Positions 10,364-19,157 of a stretch of DNA of 35,517 nt are shown here, one piece after another. The notes under the pieces are model-generated. The model made no database searches. It saw nothing but the letters and a program-made list of their open reading frames with translations, and was not told the DNA's origin. The stretch is from an uncultured Bacteroidales bacterium (GTDB lineage Bacteria; Bacteroidota; Bacteroidia; Bacteroidales; UBA1715): the NCBI GenBank assembly GCA_964558075.1, contig CAZLCY010000005.1, positions 1 to 35,517 of the forward strand. The letters run 5' to 3'. The translations under genes were made by a program, and so were the position numbers. Position 1 is the stretch's first letter; each line of letters starts with the position of its first letter.

Positions 10364-10477
10364 TGTTTTTTTGAAATAAACCTACGCCATTAAAAACCGA
10401 TAGATTGAGTTCAACCGAGAATGTAGGTTGGGGATTGTGTGATGGTTGGATTTGTGATTATTGGGCGTTCGTTGTTT
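10364..10477 (+). repeat. Direct repeat family B, copy 1 (left-truncated)
   Basis: 10364-10462 matches 13694-13792 with 9 mismatches in 99 nt by manual alignment. Confidence 0.9.
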
Positions 10478-10513
10478 TTTTTCGATTATTGTTGTCCGTT
10501 TCATTTTTAGTTG

Positions 10514-10521
10514 TAAATTTG
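10514..10521 (+). promoter_or_regulatory. -7 box (TAAATTTG) for the methyltransferase
   Basis: TAnnTTTG 31 nt upstream of ATG 10553. Confidence 0.5.
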
Positions 10522-10552
10522 TAACCATTGTGTAAGGTTAAACAACTTGGTT

Positions 10553-11791
10553 ATGAAAGAATATTTATCGCTTTCCGAAGCATCTAAACTTATTGGCAAA
10601 AGCAAAGAAACCCTTAGACGGTGGGATAGAGAGGGCAAATTGTCTGCCATTCGTGAGCCAATGAGTAACTATCGTGTTTATAATCGTAAACAAGTTGAGA
10701 CTCTTTTCGCTGACTTTTTTAGTCACGATGTTGAAGATATTGTTTCAAACTATGTTGAACCGCATAATGAATACACTGTTCTAGAATTATTTGCCGGAGC
10801 CGGTGGTTTGGCTGTTGGTATGGAAAAGTCAGGTTTAAAATGTGTTGCTTTGAATGAAATTGACAAGTGGGCCTGTCAAACTTTACGAAAAAATCGTCCT
10901 AACTGGAAAGTTTTGGAAGGCGATATTAAAGACTTTGATTTTTCAGAATATCACAATAAAGTAGATGTCGTAACTGGTGGTTTTCCTTGCCAAGCTTTTA
11001 GTTATGCAGGTAAAAAGTTAGGACTTGCAGATGCAAGAGGGACTCTGTTTTATGAGTTTGCAAGAGTTGTCAAAGAAGTAAATCCACCCATTTGTATTGG
11101 AGAAAATGTCCGAGGTTTGCTTAGTCACGATAACGGAAACACCTTGCAAGGAATGATTTCTATATTAGATGAAATTGGTTACAATGTTGTTCCAGTAAAA
11201 GTATTGAAAGCCATAAACTATAAAGTTCCACAAAAGAGAGAGCGATTAATATTAGTTGGCGTTAGAAAAGATATTGATTTGAAATATGAATATCCGAAAC
11301 CACATAATAAAGTTTACAATCTGAAAGATGCCTTGAAGAAAGGCGAACTTTATGATACAAATGTACCAAAATCACCTGGTGCAAAATATCCACAAAGCAA
11401 AAAAGCTGTTTTGGATTTAGTGCCACAAAAAGGTTATTGGCGTGATTTACCACTTGATATTCAAAAAGATTTTATGGGTGGCAGTTTTTATTTAGGAGGT
11501 GGAAAAACTGGAATTGCAAGGCGTATTGGTTGGGATGAACCATGTTTAACATTAACTTGTAGTCCTGCTCAAAAACAAACCGAAAGATGTCACCCCGAAG
11601 AAACTCGACCTTTTACAGTTCGTGAATATGCTCGTATTCAAACTTTTCCGGATGATTGGGTTTTTGAGGGATCAATAGCTCAACAATACAAACAAATTGG
11701 AAATGCAGTCCCTGTTAATTTGGGAACTGAAATCGGTTACTCAGTTTTAAGATTTTTAAATCAATACTACAAGTTGTCGAAGCCAAGATAA
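10553..11791 (+). CDS. dcm: C5-cytosine DNA methyltransferase with N-terminal MerR-like HTH (M.Eco47II/Sau96I-like, GGNCC inferred)
   Basis: LFAGAGG, GGFPCQAFS, ENVRG, QKRERL, QIGNAV; TRD TLTCSPAQKQTERCHP; N-terminal SKETLRRWDREGKL...NYRVY. Confidence 0.92.
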   Translation: MKEYLSLSEASKLIGKSKETLRRWDREGKLSAIREPMSNYRVYNRKQVETLFADFFSHDVEDIVSNYVEPHNEYTVLELFAGAGGLAVGMEKSGLKCVALNEIDKWACQTLRKNRPNWKVLEGDIKDFDFSEYHNKVDVVTGGFPCQAFSYAGKKLGLADARGTLFYEFARVVKEVNPPICIGENVRGLLSHDNGNTLQGMISILDEIGYNVVPVKVLKAINYKVPQKRERLILVGVRKDIDLKYEYPKPHNKVYNLKDALKKGELYDTNVPKSPGAKYPQSKKAVLDLVPQKGYWRDLPLDIQKDFMGGSFYLGGGKTGIARRIGWDEPCLTLTCSPAQKQTERCHPEETRPFTVREYARIQTFPDDWVFEGSIAQQYKQIGNAVPVNLGTEIGYSVLRFLNQYYKLSKPR

Positions 11792-12531
11792 TAGCTGTAA
11801 TTCTCAAAAGTAATTTGGTCTAAAACTGTTCTTTTACTGGTTTTAGTTTCCGATTTAATTTCTTCTAATGCAGAGTTTTCTGCAATTCCTTCGGTCTCTT
11901 CAACTGTTTTTAGATAATCTTCGATTGCACATGGAAGAGCTTTGTATAACTGAAACATTGCATCTTGTTGTCCTGATAGTAAAGCATAAAATTGGTCGCC
12001 CGAAATTTTATAAACCCTGCTATGACTATATTCTTTGCCGTTTATATCGTCACTCCATAATTCACAAAAACTGCCTTTTGCAAGAATTTGTACCCAATAG
12101 CATTTTGCTTGTTTGTAATCGTCTGCATAGCGTTTTAACTTTTGAAAAAGTGCCTCGGCTGCACTACTGTTCATAGTATTGTGTTTGTTTTTTATGTCTG
12201 CAAAAAGCGTATCATCTGTTGCTTTAATGTCATAACCGCTCAAATTCCCGGCTTCAAAACCTTTTATACCGCCCAAAATTTGTTCGTGAAAAGTTCCGAT
12301 TGAATTATTAATCGATTTATCAATTTGTCTTAAAATCTCTAATTGTATTAACTTTTCTTCGTCAATATCATTGAATTTTGAGTCGAAAGTTAGTTTGATT
12401 GTATCAACCTTGTTTGAATAAAAATTCTTCTTTGTGATGTTGTTTTTCGCCTTTAAATATGCATTGTGAAGATTCTCTATACAGGTTAACAAATATTGGT
12501 CAGATATAAAGTTTACGTATTTATTTTTCAT
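11767..12531 (-). CDS. Type II restriction endonuclease, Eco47II family
   Basis: RQIDKSINNSIGTFHEQ, GYD, ADIKNKHNTMNS (PD-(D/E)XK type); convergent with the MTase and overlapping it by 25 nt. Confidence 0.82.
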   Translation of the reverse strand: MKNKYVNFISDQYLLTCIENLHNAYLKAKNNITKKNFYSNKVDTIKLTFDSKFNDIDEEKLIQLEILRQIDKSINNSIGTFHEQILGGIKGFEAGNLSGYDIKATDDTLFADIKNKHNTMNSSAAEALFQKLKRYADDYKQAKCYWVQILAKGSFCELWSDDINGKEYSHSRVYKISGDQFYALLSGQQDAMFQLYKALPCAIEDYLKTVEETEGIAENSALEEIKSETKTSKRTVLDQITFENYSYYLGFDNL

Positions 12532-12601
12532 TCAATCGTGTTGTTTTTAATGTAGTAAAGTTAGCATTTATTGTTGTTTCTCTGTCTTGAACACGGTCTT
12601 T

Positions 12602-12634
12602 TTACAATGACGTTATTTTATAAGGTGGTTTCAT
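12602..12634 (-). pseudogene. 10-codon stub MKPPYKITSL*, resembling the N-terminus of Bacteroidota Fic-family proteins
   Basis: ATG AAA CCA CCT TAT AAA ATA ACG TCA TTG TAA directly behind a -7 box and operator; Fic similarity is from recollection of MKPPYxIT starts. Confidence 0.45.
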
Positions 12635-12644
12635 ATTTTCAATC

Positions 12645-12677
12645 TGATAGTATCATATGATAGTATCAAAGATACTA
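12645..12677 (-). promoter_or_regulatory. Double palindromic operator (TGATAGTATCA x2) overlapping a -7 box TATCTTTG (12667-12674)
   Basis: Copies at 12645-12655 and 12658-12668, plus inverted repeat TAGTATC-AAA-GATACTA at 12661-12677. Confidence 0.65.
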
Positions 12678-12850
12678 GTTTTTTTAGATATAGAGAAAAA
12701 ATCACGAAACTTTTAATCTGTGCTCTTACATTGAAAGTGTTTTTCTCAAATACACCTACGCCATTGAAAACCTATAGATTGAGTTCAACCGGGGATGTTG
12801 GTTGGGAATTGTGTGGTGGTTGAATTTCTGGGTATTAGGCTCGGTTATTC
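12668..12850 (+). repeat. Direct repeat family B, copy 2
   Basis: Shares core CCATT.AAAACC.ATA.ATTGAGTTCAACC...GGTTGGG.ATTGTGTG.TGGTTG.ATTT with copies 1 and 3, and ~70 nt more upstream with copy 3. Confidence 0.9.
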
Positions 12851-12866
12851 ATCTTCAATTATTTCT

Positions 12867-13523
12867 TTATTGTTTTTTTGAACCTATATTATCCCAAAAT
12901 TCTTTAGTTAAATAAAATACAGTATCTATAAAATACAAGGTGTCATTTTTTGTCAGCACATTCTCATCGTGTAAATCTTCTATTATAACACCTAGATTAG
13001 GGTTGTAATAGTCATTGTTCTTAGTATTTTTAAATCCATTATTTGCCATGAATTTTTTGACTTCATTAATGTCTGTTATATCACTAATTGTAACAAATGG
13101 TTGTTTGACAACAGCATAAATAGTTTCTTCAATTTTTGAAAAACCTAACAATTCATAGGCTGTATCATTAAAAAAATAATTGTGAAGAAGGAGGTTGTAA
13201 AAATAATCTACCCATGAACAATAATAGATAGAATCATTTAATTTTAGTACGTATTCAGAATCTTTTAAATATACTTTTTGCTCAGCTCCTTCACTTACAT
13301 ATTTTGAAAAGTCAATATCATTTATCCAAAGCTTTTCTTGAAAAATAAACTTTTCTAATTTCTTTGTTTCTTTTTCTTTGAATTGCTTTGTTTATTCAGT
13401 CGTTGTGCTTGTTCGCGAGCCTTCATTAAGGTAACTGGCTGCTGCTTGGATAATATTTCCGAACCTAACTTCGCTCTTTCCTGAAATGACATCATAAAGT
13501 TTTTGTTTTAGAGAGTTACACAT
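12867..13523 (-). pseudogene. Polyvalent-protein kinase (Kinase-PolyVal-like) with in-frame TAA at codon 44
   Basis: Frame from ATG 13523: MCNSLKQKLYDVISGKSEVRFG...TTTE*TKQF...YVSEGAEQKVY...VLKLND...HNYFFNDTAYELLGF...EDLHDENVL...FIDTVF; stop at 13392-13394. Confidence 0.78.
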
Positions 13524-13621
13524 GTACAAATATACTAAAATTATTATATAGTATCAATTCTGTATTTTGATCGGTAGTTAGTCTATCTCAAAAACCTCCG
13601 ACCATTTCCTCTATTTTTATA

Positions 13622-13794
13622 TAAAAGTACATTTTTTTTCGGGATATGGAGAAAAACTTACTAACCTTTTAACCTGTGCTTTTAAAATGAAAATGTTTTT
13701 CTGAAATAAACCTAAACCATTAAAAACCTATACATTGAGTTCAACCAAGAATGTAGGTTGGGGATTGTGTGGTGGTTGGATTTATGGTTATTCA
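13622..13794 (+). repeat. Direct repeat family B, copy 3
   Basis: Aligns to copies 1 and 2 as described. Confidence 0.9.
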
Positions 13795-13858
13795 TAACTG
13801 TAATTGAATTTCATTTCTTCATTATGTAAAATGAATTTGTTTGTACGATAATTATTGA

Positions 13859-13866
13859 TAATTTTG
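13859..13866 (+). promoter_or_regulatory. -7 box (TAATTTTG) with upstream TTTG for ribE-comF
   Basis: TAnnTTTG, with TTTG at about 13836-13843. Confidence 0.5.
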
Positions 13867-13931
13867 TGTAGTTACAAAACAAGATACTGTATCAAAATAC
13901 GATTATAATACAAATTAAAAAATAAACAAAT

Positions 13932-14537
13932 ATGTTTTCAGGAATAGTAGAAGAATTTGCGGTAGTACAAAATATTGAACAAGACAAAGAGAATGTACAT
14001 ATCACATTGTCATGCAGTTTTGTAGATGAATTGGATATTGATCAAAGTATTTCGCACAACGGAGTATGTTTAACGGTGGTAAAAAAAGATGCGACTACAT
14101 ATACGGTGACAGCTATTAAAGAAACCTTGCTTAAATCAAATTTGGGCGATTTGCAGGTAGGCAGCAAAGTCAACTTAGAACGCAGTATGCCTATGAATGG
14201 ACGTTTGGATGGGCATATTGTACAGGGGCATGTCGATCAAACAGCAGTTTGTACTGAAGTTACCGAAGCAGATGGAAGTTGGTATTATACTTTGGAATAC
14301 GAACCGAGTCAGGCAGATTATATTACCGTAGAAAAAGGTTCGGTAACCGTTAACGGCGTAAGTCTTACTGTCGTAAATTCAAAATACAAATCGTTTCAGG
14401 TTGCCATTATACCATACACATATGAGTACACCAATTTTCATGAAATTGTACCCGGGACCAAAGTTAATTTAGAATTCGATATTATTGGAAAATATATTGC
14501 CAAGTATCTTCAGCTTCAAAACACCAATAAGGAATAA
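13932..14537 (+). CDS. ribE: Riboflavin synthase (alpha chain)
   Basis: MFSGIVEE start, NGVCLTV, VNLER, GHIVQGHVD, KGSVTVNGVSLTV, VNLEFD. Confidence 0.95.
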   Translation: MFSGIVEEFAVVQNIEQDKENVHITLSCSFVDELDIDQSISHNGVCLTVVKKDATTYTVTAIKETLLKSNLGDLQVGSKVNLERSMPMNGRLDGHIVQGHVDQTAVCTEVTEADGSWYYTLEYEPSQADYITVEKGSVTVNGVSLTVVNSKYKSFQVAIIPYTYEYTNFHEIVPGTKVNLEFDIIGKYIAKYLQLQNTNKE

Positions 14538-14546
14538 ATTCACGTA

Positions 14547-15242
14547 ATGATTCGCTCATTATTTTCACATATATTTCACTTGTTTTATCCGGACAATTGT
14601 GTTGTATGTGGTGGGGAATTACGAATAAGCGAACGAGTAATGTGTTCTGCTTGTTTAATAGATATCCCACGCATCTATTTTCATAATACAGAGCGTAACC
14701 CATTGGAGGAATTGCTATGGGGGCAAATTCCATACGTACGAGCGAGTTCTCTGTTTTATTATTTTAAAGACAATACCTATTCATCGCTTATATATGACTT
14801 GAAATATAAAAACCGCCCCGATATTGGCGTTTTTTTAGGCGAATTGTTTGCTGATGAGCTTGATAAATCAGGATTCCTTAATGATATAGATTATATTGTT
14901 CCCATTCCTTTACATAAAAAACGTCTCCGTACCCGGGGATATAATCAGAGTGAAAAAATTGCTGAAGGCTTATCGGCATATTCAGGAATACCGGTTTTAC
15001 CGAGAGTAATAAAACGCACCGTACATACCCAAACCCAAACGCAGAAAAACAAAGAAGAACGAATGCGGAATGTGAGTAATATTTTTAAAGTAACCAAATC
15101 AAAAGACATTCACAAAAAGCATATATTAATAGTAGATGACATAATTACCACCGGGGCAACAAGTATATCGTGTGCACAATCGTTAAAAGAGTCTGATTCT
15201 TCGGTACGTGTGAGTATTGTTTCGTTGGGGCTGGCGAGATAA
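14547..15242 (+). CDS. comF: ComF family phosphoribosyltransferase-like protein
   Basis: CxxC...CxxC zinc ribbon, LKY, VPIPLH, RGYNQS, IVDDIITTGAT. Confidence 0.9.
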   Translation: MIRSLFSHIFHLFYPDNCVVCGGELRISERVMCSACLIDIPRIYFHNTERNPLEELLWGQIPYVRASSLFYYFKDNTYSSLIYDLKYKNRPDIGVFLGELFADELDKSGFLNDIDYIVPIPLHKKRLRTRGYNQSEKIAEGLSAYSGIPVLPRVIKRTVHTQTQTQKNKEERMRNVSNIFKVTKSKDIHKKHILIVDDIITTGATSISCAQSLKESDSSVRVSIVSLGLAR

Positions 15243-15244
15243 AA

Positions 15245-15368
15245 TAGTACTTGCAAGAAAATTTTTGATTTTATGAAGCCTCTGCATGGAAAACTTCAAG
15301 GATACAGCTTCTGAAAACTTGAGTGAAGAATAGTGCAATCTTGGGTTTGGTTTTTCGGACAGAGACTA
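15245..15368 (+). repeat. MITE-like element family A, copy 3
   Basis: TAGTACTTGCAAGAAAA ... TTTTCGGACAGAGACTA, TA at both ends, 2 nt after the comF stop. Confidence 0.65.
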
Positions 15369-15371
15369 AAT

Positions 15372-15408
15372 AAAAAAAGCCCGCTTAAAAAATAAGCAGG
15401 CTTCTTTT
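15372..15408. terminator. Intrinsic terminator between comF and gap, probably bidirectional
   Basis: Stem AAGCCCGCTTA / TAAGCAGGCTT with A-run on the left and T-rich tail on the right. Confidence 0.7.
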
Positions 15409-15432
15409 GTATGATAAAAATAATAAATTCAA

Positions 15433-16464
<1,032 letters not shown>

Positions 16465-16484
16465 TTAAACTTTTTAAACGTCGA

Positions 16485-16515
16485 CAAATTTATATAATTC
16501 TCATTAATAGCCAAA
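16485..16515 (-). promoter_or_regulatory. gap promoter (-7 TAAATTTG, -33 TTTG)
   Basis: -7 at 16485-16492, TTTG at 16512-16515 on the minus strand. Confidence 0.6.
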
Positions 16516-16622
16516 TATTTAAGTATGTAAATGTTGCACCGCATACTAAAATTCATCAGGTATTTTTCTGATGAAATAGTGTTTTTTTTCGGAAACATCT
16601 TGAAAAGCACTCAATATTACCG

Positions 16623-16658
16623 AAAAAAATACCCGGCACAAATTAATGTGTCGGGTAT
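16623..16658 (-). terminator. Intrinsic terminator after fumarate hydratase
   Basis: ATACCCGGCACA-AATTAA-TGTGTCGGGTAT hairpin, followed by a T-run on the minus strand. Confidence 0.8.
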
Positions 16659-16679
16659 GATTTATAAAAAAAAGGAGAA

Positions 16680-18281
16680 CTAAAATTCTAAAAAGAAATC
16701 ATTTCCTTTGTCATCACAGATAATAAATGCAGGAAAATTTTCTACCCTGATTTTTCGCACCGCTTCCATGCCGAGGTCTTCAAAGTCGACAACCTCAGAT
16801 GATTTAATATTTTGTTTTGCAAGAATTGCAGCCGGACCACCTATAGAACCAAGATAAAATCCGCCGTGTTTTTTACATGCTTCGCGAACTTGTGGCGAAC
16901 GGTTTCCTTTAGCAAGCATAATCATAGACCCGCCCATACTTTGAAATAAATCAACATAAGGATCCATTCGGCTTGCGGTTGTCGGTCCGAAACTCCCTGA
17001 AGCCATTCCTTTCGGCGTTTTTGCCGGACCGGCATAATATACCGGGTGATTTTTCATGTATTCCGGCATTGGTTTTCCGTCGTCAAGCATTTTTTTGATT
17101 TGGGCGTGAGCAATATCGCGAGCAACAATCAAAGTTCCCGAGAGATTAAGGCGTGTTTTAATCGGGTGTTTTGTGAGAATTTTAAGAACTTCCTCCATTG
17201 GTTGATCTAAATCAATATCAACAGCTGGTTCCAATATAAGTTCCGCTTCCGGAAGATAGTTTTCAGGATGTTTTTCTAATTGTTCTAAAAATATGCCCTC
17301 TTCGGTAATTTTCGCTTTAATGTTTCGGTCTGCACTACAACTTACCCCCAATCCTACAGCACATGAGGCAGCATGACGAGGTAAGCGAACTACACGAATA
17401 TCATGAGCAAACGCTTTTCCGCCAAATTGTGCACCAACACCAAATTCTTCAGCTAATTTTTGAATTTTTGCTTCCCATTCTAAATCACGGTAAGCTTGTC
17501 CATACTCATTACCTTGCGTTGGCAGAGAATCATAATATTTTGCTGTGGCAAGTTTTACCGTTTTCAGGTTTGTGTCAACTTGTCCGCCAATTACAAATGC
17601 TATATGGTAAGGAGGGCAAGCAGATGTGCCTAAATCTTTTAATTTCTCTTTAACGAATGCAGTAAAAGATTCTTCGTTTAGAAGAGATTTAGTCATTTGA
17701 TATAAAAATGTTTTGTTTGCCGAACCGCCGCCTTTCGTAAGAAATACAAATTCATACGCATTACCCTGCGATGCCATAATATCTATTTGTGCCGGCATGT
17801 TTGAACCTGAATTTTTTTCTTCGAACATGCTTGTTGGTAGAACTTGCGAATATCGTAAATTTTTTTCCTGATATGACGTATAAATTCCTTTTGAGAGATA
17901 CTCAGCATCGTCAACACCGGTCCATACCTGTTCGCCTTTTTTGGCAATTACTATAGCCGTTCCGGTATCCTGACAAGTGGGCAATTCTCCTTCGGCAGCA
18001 ATAACTTGATTGCGAAGCATGGTATCTGCCACAAATTTATCATTGTCTGATGTTTCGGGGTCTTTTAATATATTGTTTAGTCCCTGCAAGTGTGATGAGC
18101 GGAGATAAAAAGACACATCATTTATTGCTTCTTTTGCAAGTAATTCAAGCCCTTTGGGGTCTACTTGTAAAATTTTTTTTCCTTGTAATTCTATTGTCGA
18201 AACATACTCTTTAGAAATTAAACGATATTGTGTTGAATCGTCACTCGTTTCAAACATTTTTTTATACTTAAAATCTGCCAT
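16680..18281 (-). CDS. fumA: Class I (Fe-S) fumarate hydratase
   Basis: [45 protein letters not shown]. Confidence 0.9.
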   Translation of the reverse strand: MADFKYKKMFETSDDSTQYRLISKEYVSTIELQGKKILQVDPKGLELLAKEAINDVSFYLRSSHLQGLNNILKDPETSDNDKFVADTMLRNQVIAAEGELPTCQDTGTAIVIAKKGEQVWTGVDDAEYLSKGIYTSYQEKNLRYSQVLPTSMFEEKNSGSNMPAQIDIMASQGNAYEFVFLTKGGGSANKTFLYQMTKSLLNEESFTAFVKEKLKDLGTSACPPYHIAFVIGGQVDTNLKTVKLATAKYYDSLPTQGNEYGQAYRDLEWEAKIQKLAEEFGVGAQFGGKAFAHDIRVVRLPRHAASCAVGLGVSCSADRNIKAKITEEGIFLEQLEKHPENYLPEAELILEPAVDIDLDQPMEEVLKILTKHPIKTRLNLSGTLIVARDIAHAQIKKMLDDGKPMPEYMKNHPVYYAGPAKTPKGMASGSFGPTTASRMDPYVDLFQSMGGSMIMLAKGNRSPQVREACKKHGGFYLGSIGGPAAILAKQNIKSSEVVDFEDLGMEAVRKIRVENFPAFIICDDKGNDFFLEF

Positions 18282-18338
18282 ACCTCGATAATTTTTATTG
18301 TTAAACTTGCTGGTTACAAAGGTAAAAAAAAACTTGAT

Positions 18339-19154
18339 TTACCCATTATTTTTTATGTGAACTACACGTTGCGGAAACGGAATTCCTATATTATTTTCTT
18401 TGAGAGCTTTATAAATTTCAACACGTAATTCACTTTTAATATTTTCTATACGAAAAATTTCATTCGAATAAAAAAACACCGAAAATTGTAAGGCGGAATC
18501 CCCATAGTCTTCAAATCGCACAAATGGTTTAGGGTCTTGTAATACCTTTAAATGTTTTTGCACAACAGCTTGAACAGTCGTCATCATTAATTCCACATCG
18601 GTAGAATATTCAACACCGATATTTATTTTGAATCGAGATGATATTTTATCGTATGTCCAGTTTTCAACCTTATTTGCCGTAAGTTCCGAATTTGGCATAA
18701 TAACATAGTTTTCATCCCTACCAATCATTCTCGTTGTTCGGAAATTTATTTCTTGAACCTGATATATTTCGTCATTTACTTCTATGTAATCATTTACCGA
18801 AAGTGTGCCGTCAAGAAGAAGAACAATCCCGGAAATAAAATCTCTAAATAGGTTTTGCAGTCCAAATCCTATACCAACTAACAGTGCAGCAGATCCCGCA
18901 AGAAGCACAGAAATATCAAGCCCCAATAAATGTAAGCAGATTACAAATGAAATTGAAGCTAAGAAATAATGTATTAATTTATTGATTGAAAATTTTTTCG
19001 GTAAATCTATGTGTTTTGATTTATAAACAAGTTTTTTAAGAACAAATGCTATGCTAATAATTAAAGAAAAATAAATAACAACACTTACAATATTTGAAAC
19101 ACGTAACGTATAATTGCCGGTATCGAGAAGTGTGTAGGAGAGAAACTCGTTCAT
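18339..19154 (-). CDS. mscS: Small-conductance mechanosensitive channel
   Basis: Three TM helices, GIGFGLQNLFRDFISG, PNS, IGVEYSTD, IPFPQR. Confidence 0.9.
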   Translation of the reverse strand: MNEFLSYTLLDTGNYTLRVSNIVSVVIYFSLIISIAFVLKKLVYKSKHIDLPKKFSINKLIHYFLASISFVICLHLLGLDISVLLAGSAALLVGIGFGLQNLFRDFISGIVLLLDGTLSVNDYIEVNDEIYQVQEINFRTTRMIGRDENYVIMPNSELTANKVENWTYDKISSRFKINIGVEYSTDVELMMTTVQAVVQKHLKVLQDPKPFVRFEDYGDSALQFSVFFYSNEIFRIENIKSELRVEIYKALKENNIGIPFPQRVVHIKNNG

Positions 19155-19157
19155 ATA

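Noticed and set aside
10409-10451. Repeat B as a canonical integron attC (GTTCAAC = RYYYAAC, GTTGGAT = GTTRRRY in all copies)
   Set aside because: The span is only 43 nt, there are no pairing L boxes, the cassette lead genes run on the opposite strand and no integrase is present; suggestive only
10364-13794. Repeat B as a CRISPR array or as a repeated small ORF
   Set aside because: Repeats are ~100-180 nt and separated by kb-scale genes, with no cas genes; the 27-aa minus-strand ORF in copy 3 is not preserved in the other copies
13795-13931. FMN riboswitch upstream of ribE
   Set aside because: The leader is short and very AT-rich, with none of the conserved RFN sequence blocks
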